This document shows, piece after piece, positions 1-10,254 of a stretch of DNA of 64,000 bases. The stretch spans positions 2,881-66,880 of IMG/VR virus record IMGVR_UViG_3300033073_001126; one strand, given 5' to 3'. The DNA is from a virus. Taxonomy: Duplodnaviria; Caudoviricetes. A program made the translations under genes and the position numbers. Under the pieces are notes generated by a model. It was given only the letters and a program-made list of their open reading frames with translations. It made no database searches and was not told the origin of the DNA. How positions within the stretch are numbered: the first letter of the stretch is position 1; every line of letters starts with the position of its first letter.

Positions 1-3000
1 TATGCCTCCTGGGCTTGCTTCTGAACGCCCTCCCCGACAAACACAGGCTCGCCTCCGACAGACTGCCTCCATCCGTCCTTCGTGTACACCATCTTCCTTG
101 GAGAGCCTCCCGTGATTTGAGGAGGCAGTTCCACCTCCGTTCCTATTTCGGGAGTGGCGGAAGGGGCTTGTGGCTTAGGAGTTTCTTCTTTAGAGGCGGT
201 AGGCTTTGCGGCGCTCTTCGCTTCGTTATCAAGAGTAAAAGCATCCGTCCAAATAGTTTTACCATTGCCAAGGTCAATCTCAAATTTCATATCCTTGCCA
301 ATCATAACTTGCTTGGAAATCTGCCTCTGCTGGCCCTCCCACATTACTACATCGCCTTTCTTATATTTGGCTTCAGCTTGTGGCTTTGGTTTTTCTTCTT
401 TAGCAACAGGCTTCCTTTCCTCTTTCTTTGGAGCGGGAGGCTCAGGCTTCTTCTCCTCTTTAGGAGCAGGCTTTACAGGGGCTGTTGGTTGCTTTCCTTC
501 GGCTGGCTTTGGGCTGACTCGTTCCTTGCCTTTAGTGCCCCTATCAGTCTTCTTTTGAGTTTTTGAAGTCCTTGCTTCGGCTTTTCTTCCTTGCGAATAG
601 TATTCATAGTATACGGTATTTAATGCTTCCTGAAGTTGTTCTATCATAGCATCAGCATAGGGATTGCCCTTTTGCCTTGCTCTCAAATCAGCAATAGTTG
701 CCTCAACAAACAACTTAAACTGAAGAAGGTCTTTCTCTGCCGTCTTTTCTGTAACGCCCTCGGACAGGATTCTGTCAACGCCTTCAGTCATATTCTGACC
801 GATGATGTCGTCAACAAATCCCTGCTTGTCAAGAGTCATATCCGGGGAGAGGCTTTCAACTTGCTCCGCCTGCTCTTGTAGCGTTTCTGTAACTTGTGCC
901 TTGTTCCGCTTGATGTCCACATCCACCATTACAGGCTCTGTCCGTATGGTTCGTGTTTCTCCTTGCAGGGCAATAGTGTTTCCTTTTTCATCCCGGATGA
1001 TTTTGAATGGCTCTCCATTTACAATGGCATTGTCATCATCAATCACCTCTACCTGATACTCGGTTTGTGTCTTTTCTTTTGGAGTGACAAGCCTTCCTCC
1101 TATGCCGGCAAGACCTCTCTCATCAAGATCATAAATCTTGGTGTCGGTTTCAACGGATATCTGTCCCCCAGGCGAAATAGTTACAATGCCCTTCTCCCCA
1201 TTCACAATGACAAAGTCACCATCCTTTAATGGGGTTGGCTCTTCAGCCACTTGTTCTTCGGTGGCTACTTCCTCCGCAGGAGCAGCCTCCTCAGCAGGAG
1301 CAGCAGGAGCAGCTTCTTCTTGCGGCCCAAGTCCCAGCATCTCCTGCATCAAGGCATTGTCCTCTACGGGAGCTTCCTCCGTTGCAGGAGCAGTTTCAAT
1401 TGGGGCTTCTTCTGTTGCGGGAGGCTGAGGCGGAGGGAAATCTGGATTGACGGTTTGAATAACGGGAGCCGTGGTTCTTAACCCCTCTCCAAGACCAGCC
1501 TCTATTCCTGTAGGCTCTGGCTGAATCCCCTTCTCAGCCATATATTGCTCAAGGCGTTCCCTTATGGCATCCTTCTCCTTGCTATCCGGGAGTTGTGCTA
1601 TGCCATCATATGCACTCACCACCTCATCATCCGTGAGTTCAAGTGCATCATTAAGTTTTCTGTAACGCTCCCTAATCTGTCCCTCTGCTTCCGGGTTGGC
1701 TTGGATGGCACTCTCCATAGCCTTGTTGAGATTGTTGCGCTGAATGAGTTTGTCATCCGTCATCACAACACTCGCATCAGGACGCTGCGTAACCTTGCCT
1801 ATTTTAGGGGCTTCAAACAAGGTTCTGTCCATAGCGGACTGAATCGCCTGGCCGCCTCCTGTAAGGCCAAGACCGCCAACAAGGCCACCTACAAATGCTT
1901 CTGCTCTTTGATTTCTTGCTTCAGGAGTAAATATTTCATTAGGCAACTTATCAAAGAATGCTTTTGTTGTAGAAGACTTGGCAGCAGCTTTTCCTACTTG
2001 GCCCGTAAGCTCTTGCCCGTACTCTGTTATGGCCTCTCCAGTTCCTACACCTAATAATGCAGCTCCTTGAGCAAGCCTTCTATTTACATTTTGACTAAGC
2101 AGCCAATCACGCATTGCCTTGTATCCGCCCTTACTTGCAATACCCTTACTTACAAGCCCAGCTCCAGCATATTCTAAGGCAGATTGAACTCCTGCGTTTA
2201 TTTGAGAAACCACAAAGGCATCATCACCATTTGCAATTGCCTGCTCAGGAGAAATGCCTTTTTCTTTTGCTATTGCATCCACCCCGTCTTTATATACTTG
2301 AGGAAGTGTTTGCATATATGTACTTCCGCCAAATGTCAATATAGATGGAATGATTTGCATAGCCGCATCCCCTACAGTATAAAGAACCGATTCGGGTATT
2401 TTCCTGTACTCGCCTTTGTTTATGGATTGAAGAACGCTTGTCTGTATATTTCTTTTAGTAATTTCATCTTGGAATGTGTTCTGAGCAGATGTGGCATTTT
2501 CGTACATTTTCTGCCCTGCTTGTTCCATCATCTCCTGCCTTTTCTCATAAGGAAGATTTGCCATTGGGTCTGTAGCTGCCTGCGTTTGGGCAAAATATCC
2601 AATAGTAGAAAGGATATTTTTAGCTATTCTTTTGCCGCCTTCCGCCCAAGAGCCAACAACATCACCGGCCCATTCTACATCGCCTCTCTCTTTTCTCCTC
2701 TTCTCTTGCTGCGCCTCAAAGCCTGTGCTTCCCATTAAAGCTGCCTTTTGCTGCTCCTTTGTGGCTTTAGCAAAACCCCTTTGCGCCCTTCTCTGCTCTT
2801 CGGCAATAGGGACATCTTCAAAGGCTAATTGTTGAGCCTTGAAAACTGGGCTTATACGCTCCTGTTTTTGTTGCGCCTTAGATTCAAATACCGCAGGAAC
2901 GCCTCCGAAGGTTGCGCCCAATGTTGGAGTCATTCCTCCGTACTGAGCCTCAAGCTGTGCATCGTATTCAGGACTACCTACAGCAGGCTGTGGTTCGGGG

Positions 3001-3302
3001 ATGTATGCTTCCTCTTCCTCCAAAGAAGGAACTTCCATAAATTCTTGTTTTGGAGCGGGTTGCTGCTTAGGGGCGGGAGCAACTTTTTCTGGGGCATACT
3101 TGTAGATGAACTCATCCTGATCTAAAGCCCAGTTCTTTTTAGTTGCATAGTCGGCAACCTTTTGAAGGACATTATCATCATTAAGCAATTTGCTCTCCCA
3201 TTGCTTGTAGGAAAGTTTGGCGGTAGCCGTCCTTGTAGCAGGATCGTTTAGTAACTTTCTATAAAGGTCAAGCCTTTCTTTGTCATCTCTAACTTCTGCC
3301 AT
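1..3302 (-). CDS. Giant internal-virion / large polyvalent-type protein, N-terminal part (open at left window edge)
   Basis: Not in the ORF track. Manual translation from ATG at 3302 (MAEVRDDKERLDLYRKLLNDP...) gave 1100 codons with no stop up to base 1. It has Ala/Gly-rich segments (EAFVGGLVGGLGLTGGG) and Pro/Glu/Lys-rich linkers, and follows the cargo and ring genes. Confidence 0.8.
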   Translation of the reverse strand, partial: MAEVRDDKERLDLYRKLLNDPATRTATAKLSYKQWESKLLNDDNVLQKVADYATKKNWALDQDEFIYKYAPEKVAPAPKQQPAPKQEFMEVPSLEEEEAYIPEPQPAVGSPEYDAQLEAQYGGMTPTLGATFGGVPAVFESKAQQKQERISPVFKAQQLAFEDVPIAEEQRRAQRGFAKATKEQQKAALMGSTGFEAQQEKRRKERGDVEWAGDVVGSWAEGGKRIAKNILSTIGYFAQTQAATDPMANLPYEKRQEMMEQAGQKMYENATSAQNTFQDEITKRNIQTSVLQSINKGEYRKIPESVLYTVGDAAMQIIPSILTFGGSTYMQTLPQVYKDGVDAIAKEKGISPEQAIANGDDAFVVSQINAGVQSALEYAGAGLVSKGIASKGGYKAMRDWLLSQNVNRRLAQGAALLGVGTGEAITEYGQELTGQVGKAAAKSSTTKAFFDKLPNEIFTPEARNQRAEAFVGGLVGGLGLTGGGQAIQSAMDRTLFEAPKIGKVTQRPDASVVMTDDKLIQRNNLNKAMESAIQANPEAEGQIRERYRKLNDALELTDDEVVSAYDGIAQLPDSKEKDAIRERLEQYMAEKGIQPEPTGIEAGLGEGLRTTAPVIQTVNPDFPPPQPPATEEAPIETAPATEEAPVEDNALMQEMLGLGPQEEAAPAAPAEEAAPAEEVATEEQVAEEPTPLKDGDFVIVNGEKGIVTISPGGQISVETDTKIYDLDERGLAGIGGRLVTPKEKTQTEYQVEVIDDDNAIVNGEPFKIIRDEKGNTIALQGETRTIRTEPVMVDVDIKRNKAQVTETLQEQAEQVESLSPDMTLDKQGFVDDIIGQNMTEGVDRILSEGVTEKTAEKDLLQFKLFVEATIADLRARQKGNPYADAMIEQLQEALNTVYYEYYSQGRKAEARTSKTQKKTDRGTKGKERVSPKPAEGKQPTAPVKPAPKEEKKPEPPAPKKEERKPVAKEEKPKPQAEAKYKKGDVVMWEGQQRQISKQVMIGKDMKFEIDLGNGKTIWTDAFTLDNEAKSAAKPTASKEETPKPQAPSATPEIGTEVELPPQITGGSPRKMVYTKDGWRQSVGGEPVFVGEGVQKQAQEA

Positions 3303-3307
3303 AAATT

Positions 3308-4960
3308 TTAATATCCTAAATCTACTTCTCCGCCTTGAATTTCATCTACTGTTGTCTCCGGGCCACGCTTTCTACGCTTCTTTTGTTGCTCCATTTCAAT
3401 GTGCTTTTTGATTTCGCCAGCACTTGATTCTGGAATAAACATTTTTACGCTTGGTCTTTTTGCTACATCCCCCTCTTCTCCAGTGTACATATTGGCCGTT
3501 ATCTCATAGCCCGTTTCTTTGGTTACCCCAGATGGTTTCTTTTCTTTTTTGGATTGAGCAATAAGAACTTCGGCAGTAGCAGGAGGAATCTCATCTCCTT
3601 TTTTTATCCGAGTCCAGTTTTGCCTCACTCCGTTTTTGTAATATGGCCCTTTTTCATTTCCCCCAAAATAAAGGTCTTTATCTGCAAAATATAAAGTCCT
3701 TTTTGTAGGGTTGGCATAGTTAAAACCAGTTTTTAGCAAATAGCCGCCACCGGATTGCGGGATTATGTACTCAGCCAATTTGCCTTCATCATAGTTCTGA
3801 AGCAACCTTACTTTTTTGTTTGCTGGATGCACATACTCTTTTTCATATGAATATGTGACATCATTTTTACCACCAACATCACCCGTTTGCGTTTGTGGTT
3901 GCGGGGTAAATACGCTTTTCTTTGTTTTTGGGTTGACCGAATATCCCAAACTTTCAATATTAAATTCATGCGACCCAACTCCTGCCGGAGTGGCAATGCT
4001 CATTGTGAATTGCTCTGAAGCACCTCCGCCAGCACCTCCCTTTCTTGGCAATTGCGCCTGTTGTCCGTACTTAATAGTTCCATACTTGCCAAACGCATTC
4101 TGAACAAACTCTTTTGCCGCTTGCTCCTCTGCCAGGTCTGGCCTTATCATCATAGGACTTCCTGTGGCAGGATCGTAAAAAGTGCGGTCGGTTTGATATT
4201 GTTTAGCACGATTGGAAGACCACACCTGGAATGCATTCTGCATATCAGGGTCGCTTTCAATAAGATTCTTGGCCTCAACCCCGTTAACCCCTGTTACTAC
4301 AGGAACATCAGCCCCTAATACGGGGTCATATTGTTTTTGATATTCAAACAAAGGGCTTACGGCAATAGTCTTTGTATTCCCATTCTTGTCCCTAAATGTG
4401 TATTGCTGTAATTTGTATTCCTTGCCCTTTTTACCAATAGCATCAAAGTCAATTAGGTCTGGATTGTTGAGTGCTTCAGCAGAAAACACTTCCGGCCCAG
4501 TTAATTGCGACTTGGTTTTGGCCCAATTATGAACATAATCACGGGTTGTTTTTAAATACTTCTTGCTTAAATCTTCTGCTGTTTTTAATAGGCTTTCTTT
4601 AAGCTGCTTACTTGTTTCGGCCCGTTGTATGCGCTGCCTATTCATTTCATTGACATAAGTGTTGACTTGTTGCCTCGGAACACTTTGGTCTTTTGCCAAC
4701 TCTAACCCAGCCTGAACATCTTTTTCGTCTTGCGGCTTAATGACGTGTTCCCACATATCAGCACCTGTGGCCGCATCAAACTTAGGCACATATTTAGCCT
4801 CTTCAGCAGCCTTCTTTGCTGCAAGTTCAGCAGCCCTCCTTTTGGCTTGCTCTTCTAATGCATAAGCCCTGTCAGCCCTCCTCTGCTCATTAACAAGCAA
4901 AGGCAGCATCTCATTCTTGAGAATGGTTTTGGATATGGTTCCCGATGTTTCCTGTGCCAT
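3308..4960 (-). CDS. Putative internal virion (cargo/ejection) protein, 550 aa
   Basis: Long ORF with a helical Ala/Glu/Lys-rich N-terminus, lying between the ring genes and the giant gene as in crAss-like virion modules. Function is inferred from position. Confidence 0.5.
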   Translation of the reverse strand: MAQETSGTISKTILKNEMLPLLVNEQRRADRAYALEEQAKRRAAELAAKKAAEEAKYVPKFDAATGADMWEHVIKPQDEKDVQAGLELAKDQSVPRQQVNTYVNEMNRQRIQRAETSKQLKESLLKTAEDLSKKYLKTTRDYVHNWAKTKSQLTGPEVFSAEALNNPDLIDFDAIGKKGKEYKLQQYTFRDKNGNTKTIAVSPLFEYQKQYDPVLGADVPVVTGVNGVEAKNLIESDPDMQNAFQVWSSNRAKQYQTDRTFYDPATGSPMMIRPDLAEEQAAKEFVQNAFGKYGTIKYGQQAQLPRKGGAGGGASEQFTMSIATPAGVGSHEFNIESLGYSVNPKTKKSVFTPQPQTQTGDVGGKNDVTYSYEKEYVHPANKKVRLLQNYDEGKLAEYIIPQSGGGYLLKTGFNYANPTKRTLYFADKDLYFGGNEKGPYYKNGVRQNWTRIKKGDEIPPATAEVLIAQSKKEKKPSGVTKETGYEITANMYTGEEGDVAKRPSVKMFIPESSAGEIKKHIEMEQQKKRRKRGPETTVDEIQGGEVDLGY

Positions 4961-4964
4961 TTAT

Positions 4965-5705
4965 TTATCCGTGTCTATAGCCTCTAATGCGTTCCATTGT
5001 CTTGACAATTGTAGGAATCTTAGTCCTATACTTGCTCTGAAGCGCAAATAAATATTCCTTCTCGTATTCCATCTTGGCAACTTGCCATCTGGCATCCCCC
5101 TTCAAATACCAGTACTTGTAGTTGAGCCAGTATTTAAGGGCAGAGATGAACCAGGGATGTATACAAGTATCCCCGGATGGTGTGATGCAATTGGTGTAAT
5201 AGCGCAGAGTTAGATTTCTGAATCGAAATGTAGGAGAGGTAATCATTAACCTCTTATCAAGATCAATTGTTACATCGCCATAATCCCCTCCATTTCCGTA
5301 GGCATCAATCGCCCCATTTGTTCCCCATCCCATTCCATAGCCATAAAGGCCGCCCCAATACCATACATTGTTTATGGTACTCTGTATTACAGGAGCAAGG
5401 TCTGGCTGCCATTTGTGGTCTGTCACCCTATTGTTTATGGCAAGCCCCTTTATGTAATGGCCCACTTGGGTTCCAATGCTTATATAGTCGTAGTAATCTG
5501 CGGGAAGCCGGACAATGTTATATCCCATTTTAGGGAGTTCGTAAAACTGCTCCTTGTCCCTATCCGGAATGAGTGTCTTAACATCCTTCTGCATTGCCCT
5601 TACAAAATCAAGAGCAAATGACTGCATCCTAAATTGCTGGTTCGCCGGGAGTTCCATCTCCTCAAGCGTAACCCCAACTATCTCATCTACGGTTTGTGTC
5701 AGCAT
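4965..5705 (-). CDS. Putative tail ring / head-tail adaptor protein
   Basis: 246 aa with VRLPADYYDYISIG and NLTLRYY-type motifs resembling crAss-like ring proteins; one of three consecutive 200-250 aa genes. Confidence 0.55.
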   Translation of the reverse strand: MLTQTVDEIVGVTLEEMELPANQQFRMQSFALDFVRAMQKDVKTLIPDRDKEQFYELPKMGYNIVRLPADYYDYISIGTQVGHYIKGLAINNRVTDHKWQPDLAPVIQSTINNVWYWGGLYGYGMGWGTNGAIDAYGNGGDYGDVTIDLDKRLMITSPTFRFRNLTLRYYTNCITPSGDTCIHPWFISALKYWLNYKYWYLKGDARWQVAKMEYEKEYLFALQSKYRTKIPTIVKTMERIRGYRHG

Positions 5706-5708
5706 ACA

Positions 5709-6335
5709 TTAAGCAACATTGGGGTTTTCATCAGATAGCATATCAGCCTTCCTTCCAAAACGCTGAATCATAAGAGGCATCACCTGATTGATAATTAGCA
5801 AAGCCTGCGCCTCCGTTAAGGTGGCATCATTAGCAACGGCTTGCGTTACATTTATATATTGGAACTTAATCAAATCCTGGCAGGCTGGGAGGACATAAAC
5901 CTTCTTAGCCGCTACGGAATAGAAATACTTGCCAGCCCATTTAATTGTTGAGCCGCCACGAATGTTCTCATAGTTCTCAAAGCTGATGAAGGCAAGCTGC
6001 CTCTTCCCCTTGTAGTCGGCATCAGCGATGGTCACCCTTACCACTCCCCTGTTCTTTGGGAGAGGCAGATAGTTTTCGCTAAGGGCGGCATACTTGTACC
6101 CGGTAAAGTCGGGAGTCTGAACAATTGGCAACTGATATGTGACAAGCCATTGCCCATTGACAGTAGATTGGTTCTCGGCCTTGTAGTTCTCAAAGTATTC
6201 CTGTCTTGCAACATTGGCTGCGGCCTCCCTCACCAATGCTTCCACTTCCCGAACATCTATCCCCTCTGTAGTTGGCCTTCCGGCCATAAACATAAGGACA
6301 ATCTGGTTGGCAATGTAATTAATGTCTAAAGCCAT
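5709..6335 (-). CDS. Putative tail ring / adaptor protein
   Basis: 208 aa (YLPLPKNRGVVRV motif); size and synteny match crAss-like ring proteins. Confidence 0.55.
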   Translation of the reverse strand: MALDINYIANQIVLMFMAGRPTTEGIDVREVEALVREAAANVARQEYFENYKAENQSTVNGQWLVTYQLPIVQTPDFTGYKYAALSENYLPLPKNRGVVRVTIADADYKGKRQLAFISFENYENIRGGSTIKWAGKYFYSVAAKKVYVLPACQDLIKFQYINVTQAVANDATLTEAQALLIINQVMPLMIQRFGRKADMLSDENPNVA

Positions 6336-6338
6336 TTC

Positions 6339-7067
6339 TTAGAGGATTTTATCATTCATAGCATTACCACTCTGAACCAGGACACCATTGGAAAGGTTGA
6401 AGCCAAGGTTCGCAACTGTGCCGTAAACAAGATTGTCAAGCTTGTCTTCACTCCAGTCAATCCCGCCTCCCGGAGGAATCACAACCACTGGCAATGCCCC
6501 AGTCCCATCAATAAAAGAGAAATCAACGGGGTTAGGCAGAGTTAACACTCTCGCTCTAATGCTGCTTATGGTAGCATAAGGGACTATCTCATAAATGAGC
6601 ATAGAAGCCGGGCTATCGGCAGGCGAGCCTATCCTTCCCAATGGCCTTGTTTCCACGGGAGGGATTACAGGGTTGTTGGACATCATCAGAAACTGATTGT
6701 CCGGCACAATGTTTACAGGGTAGTACTTGTCGGGATTGCTTGTGTAAGCCACTTCCAAGGAAAGCACAAGGTCAATGGTGCGATTGTACACATCCTGCGC
6801 TCCAAGGACATCTGCATACCTTGTTCCCTGAATAGCCATTGTGTAATACAATTCAGCAATGGCATCAGCAGTAGCGGTGGTTGCTTCTGGATATACCGAG
6901 GAAGATGGCCTTCCCGGAGCATACTGAGCAAGGTTGCCTCTCAGCCTTTTATAGAGATCAAGCTGGGCGACATTTATGGCATTCTTAATTTCCTCCGCAC
7001 TCTTATAATAGCCGGAGGCATTAAGGTAAGTGAGTACGGTGGTGACAAGTCTTTCAAGAACTTCCAT
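6339..7067 (-). CDS. Putative tail ring / adaptor protein
   Basis: 242 aa; N-terminal LNASGYYKSAEEIKNAINVAQLDLY resembles the crAss-like adaptor N-terminus (NK..GY.tp.eFN..a..AQ). Confidence 0.6.
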   Translation of the reverse strand: MEVLERLVTTVLTYLNASGYYKSAEEIKNAINVAQLDLYKRLRGNLAQYAPGRPSSSVYPEATTATADAIAELYYTMAIQGTRYADVLGAQDVYNRTIDLVLSLEVAYTSNPDKYYPVNIVPDNQFLMMSNNPVIPPVETRPLGRIGSPADSPASMLIYEIVPYATISSIRARVLTLPNPVDFSFIDGTGALPVVVIPPGGGIDWSEDKLDNLVYGTVANLGFNLSNGVLVQSGNAMNDKIL

Positions 7068-7148
7068 AGTGGGTGCAAGTTACGATTTTTTAGAGAAAAG
7101 ATTGATGGCAAATTTTTTATGCAGAGCAGTTTTGTGGCATAGTTGTTT

Positions 7149-7163
7149 TACATTTGGGGCATG
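7149..7163 (+). promoter_or_regulatory. Bacteroidetes -7 promoter element directly before ATG (TACATTTG-GGGC-ATG)
   Basis: Exact TAnnTTTG at 7149-7156, 4 nt, then ATG at 7161. Confidence 0.65.
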
Positions 7164-7820
7164 GAAAAAGAAATAGCAATCCCCGCTGAAATCAAAAACG
7201 ATGAGTTGTATGATAGGATTATAACTACAATCCATCTGTTCCCATCGGAAATAAAAACGGTACTTGAGGTCGGGGCTTCAAGCGGAGATGGAAGCACAGA
7301 AGCATTGATTGTTGGGATGTCTAAGCTTGAGAATAAGAAATTATACACCATTGAAGCCAACCCTTTTCGTTATGATAATCTTGTAGAGCGTTATAAAGGA
7401 ATTGATTGGATTAAGCCATTGAATGGCTCTTCCGTAGGCATTGATGAATACATGAGCGAAGAAGATGTAGCGTTTTTTTACAATAACTTTCCAACACAAC
7501 TAAATCAATACCCATTAGGAATAGTGCTTTCTTGGTATGAGCAAGAGATTCTATCAATTGCCAAATGGCGCATACCAACAAATGTTATTGATACTATTGA
7601 GCCGCCCGATATGGTTCTTCTTGATGGCTCTGCATTTACTGGGAGTGCGGAATATCAAAAGCTTTGTGGTAGTAAAATCATTATTCTTGATGACATCCTT
7701 GACATTAAGCACTATCACTCTCATCAGGCATTAAGAAAGAACAAGCTATACGAATGCTTATTCTGCAATCTTACGCTCCGCAATGGATATTCTATTTGGG
7801 TTAGAAAAGATATTATATGA
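7161..7820 (+). CDS. Class I SAM-dependent methyltransferase (Methyltransf_24-like)
   Basis: Motif I VLEVGASSGDGS, acidic TIEA after strand 2, DMVLLDG and IIILDD. Start moved to ATG 7161 (MEKEIAIP). Confidence 0.75.
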   Translation: MEKEIAIPAEIKNDELYDRIITTIHLFPSEIKTVLEVGASSGDGSTEALIVGMSKLENKKLYTIEANPFRYDNLVERYKGIDWIKPLNGSSVGIDEYMSEEDVAFFYNNFPTQLNQYPLGIVLSWYEQEILSIAKWRIPTNVIDTIEPPDMVLLDGSAFTGSAEYQKLCGSKIIILDDILDIKHYHSHQALRKNKLYECLFCNLTLRNGYSIWVRKDII

Positions 7821-8863
7821 AAATCAACATTGCTATTTCGGCTTACAATAGACCAGAGTATTCTCAAAGATCGCTTGCTGCTATTATTGGTGCTAAAGGG
7901 TTTTCTCCCGACAAATACAAAATCTTTTGCGCCATTGATTGCCATGAGGACGGCTCACACAACCCAATGGTTAGATTCGTTTATGAATCTTTTGGCATAT
8001 CGCCTTTTATAGCAAAGAGCAAGCATGGGTGCAATTACACAGTAAAGAGAGCATTGAAACTCGCCTGGGAGGATAAGCCAGATTTTGTCTTGATGATTGA
8101 GGATGATATCATCATCTCTGACGATGCGCTTCAATACATTGAATGGGCGGCAGAGAAATACAAGGACGACCCATCTGTTCGCACCGTGGGATTGTGGGGG
8201 CATAATAATGGGTATAAGTTAGGCGAGCCGCTTTCCACCAAAGAATTTGGCAAGGCAATGAGACAAAACTATTTCACTTGCTGGGGGTGGGGTACATGGA
8301 GCGATAGGTGGGAAGAGATGAAAGAAACTTGGACTACAGGAGATGATTCTCACGATACCTCATGGGATGTCATTATGAGTAGCCGCCTCGGTGAAAGGGT
8401 TGAAATATTGCCTTCTATATCTCGTGCTTACAATTGCGGCGAACATGGAGGCACTCACAGAGGTAGGGCGTGGCCTGGGCTTGTGGCTTCAGGTCTTATT
8501 GACCCGGATGCCGCAATAGAATACTGGGAGCATACCGAACGAAAGCGTGATGCGGATTGGCCCGTCTATGTCATTCTTGGTCGCTTTGGCGACATATATA
8601 TGGTGTGCAAGCAATTAAAACAGCCATCCATCATTTGCTGTATGTCCCAATTCGCAAAAATTGTTTATGAACTATTCCCTGAAAATCAAGTATTTGAGGT
8701 TTCAAATGAGTATAGCGGAGATCCGGTAAGAGCCGTTTCTGTTTGCGAAACAAAGTGGCCTAACAAAAAAGTAATTCTTTGCCAGCAGGATGGGCAAGAC
8801 CCAAGACTGGTTGTTCCATTCAGAAGTTTTCAAGCATTCCAGGAATACTATGCACAACTATAA
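7817..8863 (+). CDS. Glycosyltransferase, GT-A fold, with C-terminal GT9-like N-domain
   Basis: AYNRP, IEDD (DxD-like), CWGWGTW.DRW and SRAYNCG motifs of GT-A sugar transferases; C-terminal VILGRFGDIYMV resembles the GT9 N-terminal LGD motif. Confidence 0.75.
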   Translation: MKINIAISAYNRPEYSQRSLAAIIGAKGFSPDKYKIFCAIDCHEDGSHNPMVRFVYESFGISPFIAKSKHGCNYTVKRALKLAWEDKPDFVLMIEDDIIISDDALQYIEWAAEKYKDDPSVRTVGLWGHNNGYKLGEPLSTKEFGKAMRQNYFTCWGWGTWSDRWEEMKETWTTGDDSHDTSWDVIMSSRLGERVEILPSISRAYNCGEHGGTHRGRAWPGLVASGLIDPDAAIEYWEHTERKRDADWPVYVILGRFGDIYMVCKQLKQPSIICCMSQFAKIVYELFPENQVFEVSNEYSGDPVRAVSVCETKWPNKKVILCQQDGQDPRLVVPFRSFQAFQEYYAQL

Positions 8864-9887
8864 AAAAGCCATTATTGCTCTTGATGGGTCATCAAGCAAG
8901 ATTAACAACAAGTCAATACTGGTAAATATTAGGTATGCCCTAAATGCCCTTCACATACCATTTGAGGTATACAAGCCACATACCGATGGCTTTGTAAAAC
9001 TCCGTGATGATATGAATCAGGAAGACACTTTGTACATCCTAAACGATAGTCTTCAGTTCCATTTGTGCAATCAGCCCAACATTCTCATCGCCCGTAGCGT
9101 TCCTTGGGTTCAGGCAACCCCTAAGCCTACAACCATAGGCGTGTTTAGCCAGGAAGTGGTAGCCTACGAGTTCTCGCAACTGATAGCCTGCATTGCAAGG
9201 AACAAGCCAGTAAGGCAGCATTACGATTTGAATGCCGCTACCACATACATTCTTGTCAACGAGTACCAGACAAATGAAACGCACACGATGGGCCGCTATG
9301 GGTTAGCCGCCTTTAGCTGGAGCAACTTGATGAAGCATGATGTCCACGCAAGCCTTCTGTTGCACACCTCCGATGGATGGCCGCTGGTAAATGATATGTT
9401 GCAGGATGGTATTGGATGCTTTTCTCATCCCGACGACATCCTGATAATTATCAACCGGGACATCTGCCTTGTTCCGGAAGCGACAGCCATCCTTAGAAAC
9501 TATATGGACACGCACAACATTGATGCTTGTTATGCAAAGAGGGTGGACTGCCATACTGAAGGGCTTCTTAAATTCAAGGACATTTATAAATATCCGGAAT
9601 ACGAAGGCATTGATTTGTTTGCTTTCCGCCCTAATGCCGCCTGCATCTCAGAGTTGATTAATGTCCCGCTAAAACTTGGCCGTGTTGCCTGGGATAACTT
9701 TTGGGCCGACAGAATAAAGAACAAGCTCCCTTATAAAATCTGTTATCATTTGCCTCACGGCTCAGAGTGGACAACACCGGCCGGCTTTGATGACAATAGA
9801 TACAATATGTCCGTAATAAGCGAATTCTCAAAGCCTGGATATCTCGGCACAGAGAATTACGAGGAGTATTTTAAGGATGTCCAGTAA
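8850..9887 (+). CDS. Putative glycosyltransferase (GT9-like C-domain plus GT-A-like domain)
   Basis: Start ATG 8850 (MHNYKK). YILNDSLQFHL resembles GT9 DSGxxHLA; C-terminal half has INRDI, GIDLFAF and LGRVAWDN motifs. Confidence 0.55.
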   Translation: MHNYKKAIIALDGSSSKINNKSILVNIRYALNALHIPFEVYKPHTDGFVKLRDDMNQEDTLYILNDSLQFHLCNQPNILIARSVPWVQATPKPTTIGVFSQEVVAYEFSQLIACIARNKPVRQHYDLNAATTYILVNEYQTNETHTMGRYGLAAFSWSNLMKHDVHASLLLHTSDGWPLVNDMLQDGIGCFSHPDDILIIINRDICLVPEATAILRNYMDTHNIDACYAKRVDCHTEGLLKFKDIYKYPEYEGIDLFAFRPNAACISELINVPLKLGRVAWDNFWADRIKNKLPYKICYHLPHGSEWTTPAGFDDNRYNMSVISEFSKPGYLGTENYEEYFKDVQ

Positions 9888-9897
9888 AAACAAATAT

Positions 9898-9922
9898 AGC
9901 CACCCTCTTTTGAAGGGTGGCT
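9898..9922. terminator. Intrinsic terminator between convergent genes
   Basis: Perfect 9-bp stem AGCCACCCT / AGGGTGGCT with 7-nt loop; U-rich tail on the minus strand. Confidence 0.7.
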
Positions 9923-9946
9923 TACGCTCAATGACAGTTCTAAAAA

Positions 9947-10192
9947 TTAGCCAGCGAGGGTTGATGCAGAGACTGCGGCCAGAATACCGGTTACCGAAGC
10001 CTTTACATAAGCGATGCCCACGGTGCCATTAGCATTGCTATAGGCAAAGGTAGAACTTGCTGTTGTTCCGGTTTTTGAGGCAAGAGTAGTCCACTCAATA
10101 TTGTTTGAGTCATAAGCAATAAGAGCAGAACCGCCAGTTACAGATGCACCCGAAAGAGGTGATACAGTGGTTTGCATTCTAAGAATAGCCAT
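9947..10192 (-). CDS. Small Ala/Ser/Thr-rich protein, possibly a virion decoration protein
   Basis: 81 aa from ATG 10192 (MAILRMQT); has its own TATTTTTG element at 10217-10224. Confidence 0.5.
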   Translation of the reverse strand: MAILRMQTTVSPLSGASVTGGSALIAYDSNNIEWTTLASKTGTTASSTFAYSNANGTVGIAYVKASVTGILAAVSASTLAG

Positions 10193-10254
10193 TGAGATAA
10201 TGTTTTTAGTGAAGCCCAAAAATACGAAATTCTCAAATGATGCTCTAAAAAATT

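Noticed and set aside
7068-7084. Minus-strand promoter for the ring-gene operon (GTAACTTGCAC)
   Set aside because: TAACTTGC deviates from TAnnTTTG; plausible but not supportable as a call.
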